Shown in pieces: positions 11,601-18,901 of a DNA stretch of 64,000 bases. Below the pieces are notes generated by a model. That model was not told where the DNA came from. It did no database searches and worked only from the letters and a program-made list of their open reading frames with translations. Made by a program: the position numbers and the translations under genes. Source of the DNA: an uncultured Anaerolineaceae bacterium (GTDB taxonomy: Bacteria; Chloroflexota; Limnocylindria; Limnocylindrales; CSP1-4). The stretch lies in the NCBI GenBank assembly GCA_964475245.1, contig CAYYVV010000005.1:19620-83619 (forward strand), given 5' to 3'. Position 1 is the stretch's first letter; each line of letters begins with the position of its first letter.

Positions 11601-12027
11601 CAGCGGAATGGCGACGTCGCCCTCCACGACGACGCTGGCCACCGGAACGAGCCAGGTCAAGGCGGTCTACCTGGGTAGCACCGACTTCAACGGCAGCACC
11701 AGCTCAGCCGTCACTCAGACGGTCAACAAGGCTTCGACTACGACCACCATCAGCGATTCGCCGGATCCATCCAAGTTCTCGCACAGCTTCAAGCTGACGG
11801 CGACCGTGACGGCAGTCGCACCAGGCGCAGGTTTGGCCAAGGGCAAGGTCCAGTTCTATATCGACGGCCAGAAGTTCCACTCTCCGGTCAAGCTCAAGAA
11901 CGGGACCGCGAAGGTGACCGTCAACGTCGCGTTCACCAAGGGCACGCATACGATCAAGGCCATCTACCTTGGCAACAAGAACTTCCTGACCAGCACCAGT
12001 CCGAACGGATCTCACAAGATCAACTGA
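5680..12027 (+). CDS. Giant secreted zinc metalloprotease (metzincin/reprolysin-like M12B-type catalytic domain) with novel repeat modules and seven C-terminal Ig-like domains
   Basis: GGAGG lies 6 nt upstream of the ATG at 5680. There is a signal-peptide-like N-terminus (LVSIFVGLLVVGSIALPDATLAAS). The HEMGHEFGANH motif (HExxHxxGxxH, nt 7108-7140) is followed by SSIMAY (Met-turn). Seven ~100-aa repeats of the form ADT(T/S)..…NPSVHGQ.V.FTATV…GAGTPTG.VQFK.DG run from 9931 to the stop. Confidence 0.85.
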   Translation: MFEASPRARTLSARLVSIFVGLLVVGSIALPDATLAASHVTSFSFGAGTVLMDGDSGASAWSALDASRMPDSLGGHQADLQLDAFQAYRLNRGDMEGLLSSAPAQKGGGAPATTLDLAIPDPSGTLQHFAIYDSPVMDPALAAKFPDIHTYKGVGIDDPTADIRADLTPLGFHASVRSTKGTWYIDPLYHLDQSVYASYTGAALEDAHGTFVERDADGQQISVDKGYYHASDTVTLSGSTFTPDSPISITISDPEGNFADRNLSAQSDDQGNFTTSFVADPDGNLDMHTITASDGDLSADASYQVVTSDDLSHDPPTGDFLRTYRLALVTDPGYATWFGDINGANPALVEAAKVTLMGRIDQLYEDDMSIHMTLIANDDQLNLDTWAKATAPNGACGAAACFTQANLTSCSTLTRTRYVIGQIIGNSDYDIGHLALGEPGGGVAGLGVVGKGTTKAQGCTGIPTPTGDYYAVDYAAHEMGHEFGANHPFNGTQFNCSTSNRNGGTSVEPGSGSSIMAYAGICLTDDLSRHSDPYFSQKSQQEITTYVTGAPANVNEVQTASLVHFGGGNEVQTVTFGPGFQTALTIQPLSVAIGAANSGPSDFTNVGGISETGNVVTVSTGNVGAATTLTVGDQVSLAGVPVSGYNGGPFIVTSTPSSRGFTFTSPNSGLAVSGGGTFTLLAPGLSESGTTALARTTTATGLSTGNVVVITGAGVGAYNGAVVVTGTPTTKSFTYTPLTPASTAITTTTNASGTLAVFNSTAHGLAIGQTVTVSGNSVAAYNGTWVVTATTTNSFTADIGTSGNLGGAGGTAQGSSANLPNSGAGTATFTPGFKINIGGNDSAEIGGSTQAYTNANITAAMNAISGFAGTATATGAASTGFAVTYTGASAGLDVPNFSLDNLSCNGCFSSVQETTHGGAFDSFTINYNGNDSSVITNNSNYTTGSIANAIAGGNEVQTIAFTNFNALNAGNSYQVQIGGNLSAVLGNGGTAITTASVAAAINAISGFAGTVTVTGASNTAGPVITFTAASANTDVPAVTIVFGACSSAGTPCTYTNTETAKGSTGITGWPVGGTVAVAAFGGSGGLLNTGFQVTFSGTLANTAVNKLTFTNMSGGSSGWFGITDRPGADTRGGTLSATGNDIPVVNAGLDYTIPYLTPFTLTGSATDNNPLTYSWEQNDAGPTSTSGGTGLVFNAKRNGPLFAMFPFSSQIDDTCSLNYSCNEEQLLTSNPSRTFPDLQQIIDNNTDADTGACPTAPIIPPVPQTLVECYSEYLPTSAYVGQGSNASPPRLNFRLTARDGLGGDSSDDATLTLAVGTGPFLVTSPNTAVSWSSGSSQNVTWNVAGTDSNGINTANVKISLSLDGGHTYPTVLDASTPNDGSDTVTIPNTNSTTARIKVEAIGNIFFDISDANFNITKADTSVALSSSANPSVHGQSVDITATVSSAGGTPTTGTVTFNVDGTDQAPTFTDGSGHAVLTTSSLSTGPHTINATYNGNDGFNSGTNSSPFTQTVNMADTTTAVTADSGGTSVYGQGVTFTATVSATLPGAGTPTGSVQFKVDGTDSGSPVTLGGTAQATSASISDLSVGPHTITAVYGGDTDFNGSSDGTGASQTVSKADTTTAITNGADLGNDTVVGQSYTVKWSVTVNAPGNAPGATAPTGTVTVTGGSGCTADVTAGQCDVTSTEHGSKNLVATYGGDGNFNGSASDNGPHDVNLDDTTTAVTLATGANPSVHGQAVSFKAIVGVVSPGVGTPTGTVQFKIDGTDFGLPVTLSGGQAISASTSSLSTQGHSITAVYSGDSEDNGSTSGSFTQTVNKADTSSSVQSSMNPSVHGQSVSFTATVSATSPGAGTPTGLVQFKIDGVDFGGTVALSAGQATSGTTSSLTTAGHSITVVYGGDSDFNGSDNTGSPLTQTVNTANTSTGIVANTNPSVHGQAVSFTATVTASAPGAGTPTGNVQFKVGNTNLGSPVALVSGMATSPSTTTLATGTSQVKAVYLGSTDFNGSTSSAVTQTVNKASTTTTISDSPDPSKFSHSFKLTATVTAVAPGAGLAKGKVQFYIDGQKFHSPVKLKNGTAKVTVNVAFTKGTHTIKAIYLGNKNFLTSTSPNGSHKIN
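9931..12024 (+). repeat. Seven tandem ~300-bp coding repeats (Ig-like domains, group-3 type) inside the metalloprotease gene
   Basis: The peptide frame (K/M)ADT..…VHGQ.V.F.A.V…GTPTG.VQF..DG…G.H.I.A.Y.GD..FNGS recurs seven times. Confidence 0.8.
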
Positions 12028-12050
12028 CGCTGGCAACAGAACGTCCCTGG

Positions 12051-12092
12051 GCCGGCCGCCGCGAGGAGCGCTCGCGGCGGCCGGCTTCTTCA
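12051..12092 (+). terminator. Intrinsic terminator hairpin between convergent genes
   Basis: A perfect 15-bp stem GCCGGCCGCCGCGAG / CTCGCGGCGGCCGGC (12051-12065 and 12071-12085) with a 5-nt loop is followed by TTCTTCAT. It lies between the stops of 5680..12027 (+) and 12108..13271 (-). Confidence 0.7.
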
Positions 12093-12107
12093 TGTCGAGA
12101 CTGGCGG

Positions 12108-13271
12108 CTAGGCCAAGGGCAGCGTGAAAGTCACCGTCGTGCCGCGGCCTGGTTGACTCTCGAGCGAGATCCGGCCGCCATGCGCCTCGACCAGGTCGCG
12201 GCAGATGGCCAGACCCAGGCCGCTGCCGGGTGAATCGTCCGCCTTGGCAAAGCGATCGAAGACGCGCGGCAGCAGCTCCGGCGCGATCCCCTGGCCGTCG
12301 TCGCGGACGCTGATATCGAGCGCCGCTCCATCATCGGCGCGCTGTGCCGAAACGCTCACGTGACCGCCCCTGGCCGTGTTGCGCAGCGCGTTCGAGATCA
12401 GGTTCGCGAGCACCTGTCCGACGCGCAGCTCGTCGGCGGTCGGCATGGGCAGCCCGGGCGGAAAGTCGGCGCTCAGCGAAACTCCATCCGTATCCGCTTC
12501 AGCGCGGAACGCCGCGACCGCGTTGTCGATCGCCGTGCCGACGTCGAGTGGCGACCGATGCAGCTCCAGGGCGCCAGACTCCGCGAGCGCCACCGTGCGC
12601 AGGTTGTCGATCAGCCGCTCGAGGGCCGCCAGCTGCGCATCGACCGGCGCGAAATGCTCCTTGTCGGCCGGGTAGACGCCATCCTCGATCGCCTCGATCT
12701 GCGCGCGAATGATCGTCAGCGGCGTGCGCAGCTCGTGCGCGGCGTCGGCGAGAAAGGCCCGGCGCCGTTTGTCTGACGCGGCGAGACGGGTACTCATCTG
12801 GTTGAACGCGCGCGCGAGGGAGCGCAGCCGGCGCGGACCCGTTTCGCGCACGCGGGCCGAGAAGTCGCCGCGCTCGATGCGTTCTGCGGCGTCGGCGAGC
12901 TCGTCGACCGGTACGCTCATCCGGCGCACCGCGCTCGCCGCCCGGACCGCCGCGAAGGCGATCACGACGAAGGCAACAAGGCCGAAGATCACGAACGGGC
13001 GCGGTGCGTTGACGAGGCCCGTGATGGCAAAGACGGCCCAGGCGGCGATCGTCAGCGTTCCCGCCGCGAGGACGATGAGCGCCACGACCGCGCAGCCGAA
13101 GGGCCCGGCGAAACCGCCTCGCCAGCGGTGTTGGCGCCTGCCGCGGCCGCCCCAGCCGCCGCGCCAATCGTTTGGCGGCCACTCCTCGTCCTGGGGCCAC
13201 CACGGCGGCCGATGCCGCGGACGGCCTGTGCCGCCCGCGCTGCCGGCGCCGCCCGCGCTGTCCTCGCTCAT
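12108..13271 (-). CDS. Sensor histidine kinase (two TM helices with a minimal loop, HAMP, HisKA, HATPase_c)
   Basis: It has an H-box FLADAAHELRTPLT, an N-box LANLISNALRNT and a G-box GSGLGLAICRDLVEAHGG. The start overlaps the response-regulator stop by 4 nt. Confidence 0.85.
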   Translation of the reverse strand: MSEDSAGGAGSAGGTGRPRHRPPWWPQDEEWPPNDWRGGWGGRGRRQHRWRGGFAGPFGCAVVALIVLAAGTLTIAAWAVFAITGLVNAPRPFVIFGLVAFVVIAFAAVRAASAVRRMSVPVDELADAAERIERGDFSARVRETGPRRLRSLARAFNQMSTRLAASDKRRRAFLADAAHELRTPLTIIRAQIEAIEDGVYPADKEHFAPVDAQLAALERLIDNLRTVALAESGALELHRSPLDVGTAIDNAVAAFRAEADTDGVSLSADFPPGLPMPTADELRVGQVLANLISNALRNTARGGHVSVSAQRADDGAALDISVRDDGQGIAPELLPRVFDRFAKADDSPGSGLGLAICRDLVEAHGGRISLESQPGRGTTVTFTLPLA

Positions 13272-13969
13272 GGCTGGTCGGCGAGGCGGTAGCCGACGCC
13301 GAAGACCGTCAGCAGGTAACGCGGCGAGCGCGGCTCGGGCTCAATCTTGTGCCTGATGTTCTTGACGTGCGCATCGATCGCCCGCTCGTAGGCCTCGAAC
13401 GCGTCGCCGTGAATCGCGTCGAGGAGCTGGCTGCGCGTGAACACCCGGCCGGGCTGGCGGGCCATGGCCAGCAGGAGCTGAAACTCGGTCGCGGTCAGGT
13501 CCGCTGCCCGCCCCGCCACGGTCACGGTCATGCGCGGGACGTCGATATCGAGATCACCGACGCGCACGCGCTCCACTCCTCCGGCCTCGCTGCCTCCCGC
13601 GCTCGTGCGGCGCAGGACGGCGCGCACCCGGGCCACGAGCTCCTTGGCGCTGAACGGCTTGGTCAGGTAATCGTCGGCGCCCAGCTCGAGCCCGACGAGC
13701 TTGTCCGACTCATCTGCGCGCGCGGTGAGCATCACGATCGGGACGTTCGATTCACGGCGCAGCTCGCGCGTCACGTCGAGGCCGTCGCGGCCGGGCAGGC
13801 CCAGGTCGAGCACGATCAGGTCCGGCCGCTCCTGGCGCGCGACACGCAGCGCTTCGTTGCCGTCGCGCGCTGTCAGCACGGCAAAGCCGGCGTGCTCCAG
13901 GTAGTCGCGCGTCAGCCTGACGATGTCTGGCGCATCGTCGACGACGAGGACCGTGGGCACGCCGGCCAT
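13268..13969 (-). CDS. OmpR/PhoB-family response regulator
   Basis: The receiver domain reads VLVVDDAPDI…DLIVLDLGLPGRDG…MLTA and the winged-helix C-terminus reads …TATEFQLLLAMARQPGRVFTRSQLL…GVGYRL. Confidence 0.9.
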   Translation of the reverse strand: MAGVPTVLVVDDAPDIVRLTRDYLEHAGFAVLTARDGNEALRVARQERPDLIVLDLGLPGRDGLDVTRELRRESNVPIVMLTARADESDKLVGLELGADDYLTKPFSAKELVARVRAVLRRTSAGGSEAGGVERVRVGDLDIDVPRMTVTVAGRAADLTATEFQLLLAMARQPGRVFTRSQLLDAIHGDAFEAYERAIDAHVKNIRHKIEPEPRSPRYLLTVFGVGYRLADQP

Positions 13970-13981
13970 GCTAGCCGGGCG

Positions 13982-14431
13982 CTACTTCTGCGTTGGGTCG
14001 GTTCCCTGGCCTGGCTGCGACCGGTTGGTCGGAGCCTGCTCGCCATGTGCCTGGCTATGCCAGTTCCTGAGCATCTCGTCGGCGAACGGGGGCACGCTCT
14101 TGCCGTCCCAGCCCGGGTGATCACCGGGGCCAAAGCCGCGCGGACCGGGGCCGTAGCCGTGGCCATAACCACGGCCGTAGCCGTGCCAGCCTCGCCCGCC
14201 CCAGATGGCGCGTCGGATGAGGCCAAAGATCAGAAACAGGAACAGCAGGCCAAAGATCAGCCCGAAGAACGGGAAGCCGAAGCCGAACCAATGCCAGCCC
14301 ATTGCCGGATAGACGACCGACCCCGCAGCCGCGGGCGCGACCTGCGCGGCGCCCAGCCCGAAGCCGATACCACCGGCGACGAGGGCGAGCAGCACGACGC
14401 CGATCAGCGCCACGATTCCAATACCACGCAC
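13982..14431 (-). CDS. Small membrane protein with a Gly/Arg/aromatic-rich tail, first gene of the two-component operon
   Basis: The 149-aa ORF has two TM segments, then WGGRGWHGYGRGYGHGYGPGPRGFGPGDHPGWDG. Its stop lies 12 nt upstream of the RR start. Confidence 0.5.
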   Translation of the reverse strand: MRGIGIVALIGVVLLALVAGGIGFGLGAAQVAPAAAGSVVYPAMGWHWFGFGFPFFGLIFGLLFLFLIFGLIRRAIWGGRGWHGYGRGYGHGYGPGPRGFGPGDHPGWDGKSVPPFADEMLRNWHSQAHGEQAPTNRSQPGQGTDPTQK

Positions 14432-14514
14432 TTAGATGCGCTCCTTACGTTTGTCGCGTCGCTCCATGCGATCGCTGACTCAAAGGCTGGTCCACAGATG
14501 TGAGCGATTTGTGA

Positions 14515-15354
14515 ATGCGCGATGTGATCCGTGTTGCCTCGGTGAGCGAATATCCGGTCATGAATGAACGCACTGGCGATCGGCTGTTTCCGGTTCTTCT
14601 GCTCCTGCTCATCGCGGCAGGGGCCTTCTTCGGCCTGGCGCCGTTCCTGCTGCCGACACAGTTCGCGAGCTTCTTCGGCTTCGCGGGCGTGGACACGCTC
14701 ATGTATCGCATCGCCGGAGCGGCGACATTCGGCTACGCGGTCGGCCTGGCGCTCGGCTACCGCGCGTCCTGGCCGGAGCTGCGCGTCGGGATCGCCGCGA
14801 CGGCGGTCTTCAATCTCGGCTCGCTGATCGCCTGCGCGCTGGCCATCGCCGCCGGCGCCACGCCGTGGGTCGTGTTCCTGATCACGCTCGCATCGCTCGT
14901 CTTCGCGTCCTCGTGCCTTTACTGCTACTCGCGTCCGCCCACGGATCGCGGCGCGGCACCCGCCGCCGACGACCGACCGATTGCCACCTGGATCACCGCG
15001 CTCTTCGTCATCGGCACGCTCAGCGCGCTCTTCTTTGGCGTTGCCGCGCTGTTCATCGCCGGTTCGTTCGGCCGCTCGCTCGGCTACCCGGGCATGGACG
15101 ACTTCATCTATCGCCAGGGCGGGGCGGCCACGCTCGGCGCCGGGATTGGCGGCGTTCTCGTGCTCATGGACCGGCGCTGGTCGGCAGCGCGCATCCCGAC
15201 CGTCATGGCGCTGACCTTCAACGGCCTGTCGGTCATTGCAGTGCTGCTTGATGTCGCCGCGGGCACGGCCCAGCCGATCGCCTACGTCATCCTGGCCGCG
15301 GCGGCGCTGGTCACGGTCGGCACGGCCGCCGCCCTGATGCGCGGCGGCCGCTAG
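14515..15354 (+). CDS. Hypothetical 8-TM membrane protein built from an internal duplication
   Basis: The two halves align: FASFFGFAGVDTLMYRIAGAATFGYAVG matches FGRSLGYPGMDDFIYRQGGAATLGAGIG, and AVFNLGSLIACALAIAAG matches LTFNGLSVIAVLLDVAAG. An alternative start lies at 14560. Confidence 0.5.
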   Translation: MRDVIRVASVSEYPVMNERTGDRLFPVLLLLLIAAGAFFGLAPFLLPTQFASFFGFAGVDTLMYRIAGAATFGYAVGLALGYRASWPELRVGIAATAVFNLGSLIACALAIAAGATPWVVFLITLASLVFASSCLYCYSRPPTDRGAAPAADDRPIATWITALFVIGTLSALFFGVAALFIAGSFGRSLGYPGMDDFIYRQGGAATLGAGIGGVLVLMDRRWSAARIPTVMALTFNGLSVIAVLLDVAAGTAQPIAYVILAAAALVTVGTAAALMRGGR

Positions 15355-15367
15355 CCGCCGCGCGGTA

Positions 15368-15670
15368 CTAGCCCGTCTGAAACAGACGGGCGATGACCAC
15401 AAGCAGGGCGATCGCGACGACGGCAACGATCACGGCCGCCGTGCGCGGCCGCCGGTTGCGCGTCAGGCTGGTCGTGATCGGCAAGGCGACGAGCGCGATC
15501 GCCGCATAGACATAGTGCAGCGAGTCAGCGGGCGCCCCTCCGCCGAGCAGGATGCCCAGGCCGCCGGCGCTGGCAATCAGGACCGTAATCAGGGTGATAT
15601 TGGCCAGCAGCCCCGTCGTTTGGCTTGGCGGAAGGCTACGAACGGCGCGCCAGGCAGCCTCGATAGCCAC
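15368..15670 (-). CDS. Small hypothetical membrane protein (3 TM)
   Basis: A hydrophobic 100-aa ORF located downstream of the cytochrome b gene on the same strand. Confidence 0.35.
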   Translation of the reverse strand: MAIEAAWRAVRSLPPSQTTGLLANITLITVLIASAGGLGILLGGGAPADSLHYVYAAIALVALPITTSLTRNRRPRTAAVIVAVVAIALLVVIARLFQTG

Positions 15671-15759
15671 GACCGCGACCAGGGCGACCGCGGCCCACGC
15701 GAGCCATGTATGAAGCTGAGTGACGATGGCTGGTTCCCCTGGAGCTGCTGCCGCCTCGG

Positions 15760-16938
15760 TCAGCCGACCGCGGTCACCGAATTCTCGAACAGGCCGATGA
15801 GCAGGATCAACCAGAAGATGATCATGGCCGCGAAGGCGAGGCCACGCTTACGCCAGTCGAATGCCTCTGAGCGCGTCAGCGGCGCGCGCAGGCCGCGATC
15901 GAGGAACGGGATGAGCAGGAGCACGCCGAGCATGACCGCCATGGCGATGACCGTTCCCCAGATGTCGGGATCGATGCCCAGGGAGGCGGCGACGATGTTC
16001 ATGCCACGCGTCCAGCTGATCGGGAAATTGGGCTGAAAGCCAAGCCCTCCTGGATCATCCTGCGTGCCAAACAGCGGGGACGACGGGATCAGCTGTGGCG
16101 CCGTGCCCGCAGACCGCGGGAACACAATCGAGATCACCAATACCGCGCCGATCAGGATGAAGCTGTACAGCAGCCAGGAGCGTATGTGGCGCGAGAAGGA
16201 GTCCGTGCGTCCGCTGACGCGCATCCAGAACGGCGTCGAGATGCCCTTGAGCCGGATGAGCAGGTAGTGCCAGATGATGAAGCCGCCCAGTAGAACGGGC
16301 ACGATCGCAATGTGCACGGCGTAAAGCTGCGCGAGCTTCTCGGTGGCCGTGGCGATGTTCGTCAGACCATCGGTGGCGTAGTTGAAGACACCGGACAATC
16401 CGATGGCGTCCAGGAATTCGCCGATGTTCCAAGGCACTCCGAAGCCAACTTCGTCCCAGTGCAGTGCCTCGCCGGTCAACGAGAGCGTGAAGGTCAGGCC
16501 GGCGAGCCCAACACCGACCAGCCACAGGCCGGTCTTCGCGCCGCGGTAGCCGCCGCTGATGAAGACGCGGACCATGTGAACCATGACCAAAGCGAAGATC
16601 AGGAAGGCGTTGTAGAAGTGGAAGCTCAGGACCGCCGACCAGCCCGGTGATGCGAGGAAGTTCTGGGTGATGTCGTACGCCCGCGACGCGTCCGGGACGT
16701 AGAGGAGTGCGAGCAGAAACCCGGTCAGTATCTCCAGCCCGAGCGAGATCGCCAGGACTCCGCCCAGCGAATACCAGACGCTGTTGGTCTCGACCGGGAT
16801 CAGGTACTTGGTGACGACGTCGCGGAAGCCGAATTGATCTAGCGTGCGTGACCACCATCCGGCGGGCGGAGCGACCGCGTTGTCCGGGTCAGTTTGAGCT
16901 GGCGGTGCCTCGTCCATGGGTTGAGCGGAACCAGACAT
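15760..16938 (-). CDS. qcrB: Cytochrome b (bc-complex type, N- and C-terminal domains in one polypeptide)
   Basis: It reads …VWYSLGGVLAISLGLEILTGFLLALLYVPD…SFHFYNAFLIFALVMVHMVRVFISGGYRG…LYAVHIAIVP…IWHYLLIR, with four His residues placed as the bis-heme ligands. Confidence 0.8.
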   Translation of the reverse strand: MSGSAQPMDEAPPAQTDPDNAVAPPAGWWSRTLDQFGFRDVVTKYLIPVETNSVWYSLGGVLAISLGLEILTGFLLALLYVPDASRAYDITQNFLASPGWSAVLSFHFYNAFLIFALVMVHMVRVFISGGYRGAKTGLWLVGVGLAGLTFTLSLTGEALHWDEVGFGVPWNIGEFLDAIGLSGVFNYATDGLTNIATATEKLAQLYAVHIAIVPVLLGGFIIWHYLLIRLKGISTPFWMRVSGRTDSFSRHIRSWLLYSFILIGAVLVISIVFPRSAGTAPQLIPSSPLFGTQDDPGGLGFQPNFPISWTRGMNIVAASLGIDPDIWGTVIAMAVMLGVLLLIPFLDRGLRAPLTRSEAFDWRKRGLAFAAMIIFWLILLIGLFENSVTAVG

Positions 16939-17084
16939 CCAAGCAGCCTCCCGCAGTATGGCCGCGGCCCGTTGCCACGGAGTGGGTCTGTCGAGCAGGA
17001 GTCTCTACCTAACGTTTGTTAGGGCAAGGGCCGAACGGCCCGATCTCAAAAGGAAGCATACGCTCGGGCTGCTATCGTCCAAGC

Positions 17085-17822
17085 GTGGCAGAAGCTCTCT
17101 CACTCGAGATCAAATGGCTGGGTCGGGTCCCCTATCGCGAGGCGTGGGATATGCAGCACGACCTGGTCGCGCAACGGCGCGCGAACAGCATCGCGGACCA
17201 GTTGCTGCTGCTCGAGCATCCGGCCGTCCTGACGCTGGGCCGCCACGCGGACGCGGCCCATGTCCTGGCCACTGACGAGGAGCTGCAGGCACGCGACATC
17301 GAGGTCATCCGCGTCGAGCGTGGCGGCGAGGTGACGTATCACGGCCCCGGCCAGCTGGTCGCCTACCCGATCATCCGCCTTGCCGATCGCGGCATCCTGC
17401 TCCGGCCCTTCGTCCGTGCCCTGGAGCAGGCGATGATCGATACGGCCGCGGGCTTCGGCGTGGCCGCGGCACGGCGCGAGGGCTATCCCGGAGTGTGGTG
17501 CGACCCGGAATCGCCCAACCCGCGCAAGCTCGGTGCGCTCGGGTTGCGCGTCGAGGGCGGCGTCACGTACCACGGCATCGCGCTCAACATCACCACGGAC
17601 CTCGCCGACTTCGCGCTCATCGACCCGTGTGGCTTCACCGACGCGGGCGTGACCTCCATCGCCAGCGAGGCACGCTGGCCCGCGGTCCAGTCGGAACCGA
17701 GCACGGCGTCGGTCGCCCAGGCGGCGGATCGCTTCGCAATCGACTTCGCCGAGCGCCTCGCCGAGGCCACCAAGGCCACCAAGGCAACCACGCCCGCGCT
17801 GGCGCCAGGCGCCGCGGGCTGA
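17085..17822 (+). CDS. lipB: Octanoyltransferase (lipoyl(octanoyl) transferase)
   Basis: It reads …WLGRVPYREAWDMQ…LLLLEHPAVLTLGR…RGGEVTYHGPGQLVAYPI…KLGALGLRV. The GTG at 17085 is preferred; the ORF is open from 17016. Confidence 0.85.
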   Translation: MAEALSLEIKWLGRVPYREAWDMQHDLVAQRRANSIADQLLLLEHPAVLTLGRHADAAHVLATDEELQARDIEVIRVERGGEVTYHGPGQLVAYPIIRLADRGILLRPFVRALEQAMIDTAAGFGVAAARREGYPGVWCDPESPNPRKLGALGLRVEGGVTYHGIALNITTDLADFALIDPCGFTDAGVTSIASEARWPAVQSEPSTASVAQAADRFAIDFAERLAEATKATKATTPALAPGAAG

Positions 17823-17838
17823 AGGCGGCACAAAAGGC

Positions 17839-18867
17839 ATGCCCGGCGGTCTCTTCGAGCTGCGCAAGGACAGCATCACCGGCTGGTGGGTGGCCGTCGT
17901 CGTCGACCGCGAGTTCCAGAAGGAGCGCTTTCACCGGCCGGCGCAGCACCGCAACCAGCCGATCGAGGATTGCGCCAACTGCAACTTTGCGGCCGCCGAC
18001 AGCGTCCGTTTGCGCATGCTCAAGCCCGACGCGTTCATCGTTGCCGGAACCGAGCGCGAGAAGGACAGCGATACAGACGGGCGTGAGCCCGCGCTCGGGC
18101 TGCTGGGCGACTCCGGTTCGTGGCAGACGATCGTGGCGCCGCGTGGCCACCACGAGTCGTTCGCCCAGACGACGCCCCAGATTGCCTTCGAGCTGCTCGC
18201 GCACACGCGCGATGTGATCCAGTACGCGCGCGAGCAGGATCGGACCGAGTACCTCCAGGTCGTCCAGAACTACGGCCGCCAGGCAGGCGCGCTGACCGAC
18301 CACCTGTGCTTCGACTTCTACGACCTGCCGCAGATCCCGCATCGCGTCGGCGAGGAGCTGGGCGGCGCGGCGCGCTTCGTCATCCGCGAGGGCTCGTGCC
18401 CGTTCTGCCGCCTCGTCCGCGACGAGGTCGCCGACGGGTCGCGGCTCGTCTTCGAGGACGCCGCCAGCGTCTGCTTCGCGCCCTACGCGTCGCGTTCGCC
18501 GTTCGAGCTGTGGGTCGTCCCACGCCACCACAACGCGGACTTCGGCACGGCCACCGACGCGCAGCTCGTCAGCGCCGCAGACACCCTGCAAAGCGTCCTC
18601 GGGCTCTTGTCGAGCCTGGGTGGGCCGGCGTACAACCTGATCCTGCACAGCGCTCCGCTTCGGCAGCGCGTCGACGAGACGTACCACTGGCATTGGGAGG
18701 TCCACCCTCGGTTGCGCGAGATCGCCGGGCTCGAGCTGGGTACCGGTCTGCCGGTCAACCCGGTCTCGCCCGAGGAGGCAACACGCGAGCTGCTCGCCAC
18801 GGCGCGGGCGGAAGCGATCGATACAGGCGTCGCGGTCGGACCGCGCTCGTGGGACGACTTCGCATGA
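17839..18867 (+). CDS. Galactose-1-phosphate uridylyltransferase-like (HIT superfamily) nucleotidyltransferase
   Basis: The N-terminal ELRKDSITGWWVAVV resembles the GalT R.D.LTG.WV motif. There are Cys pairs CANC and CPFC, and a histidine-triad-like YHWHWEVHPRL. Confidence 0.6.
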   Translation: MPGGLFELRKDSITGWWVAVVVDREFQKERFHRPAQHRNQPIEDCANCNFAAADSVRLRMLKPDAFIVAGTEREKDSDTDGREPALGLLGDSGSWQTIVAPRGHHESFAQTTPQIAFELLAHTRDVIQYAREQDRTEYLQVVQNYGRQAGALTDHLCFDFYDLPQIPHRVGEELGGAARFVIREGSCPFCRLVRDEVADGSRLVFEDAASVCFAPYASRSPFELWVVPRHHNADFGTATDAQLVSAADTLQSVLGLLSSLGGPAYNLILHSAPLRQRVDETYHWHWEVHPRLREIAGLELGTGLPVNPVSPEEATRELLATARAEAIDTGVAVGPRSWDDFA

Positions 18868-18901
18868 CGATGCAGCGCGGGCCGCGAGCGTCACAGCAAC
18901 G

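Noticed and set aside
17008-17043. Short palindromes CCTAAC-GTTT-GTTAGG and GGGCC-GAAC-GGCCC in the qcrB/lipB divergent gap.
   Set aside because: They are real in the sequence but only 5-6 bp long. They are too short to distinguish an operator from chance without comparative data.
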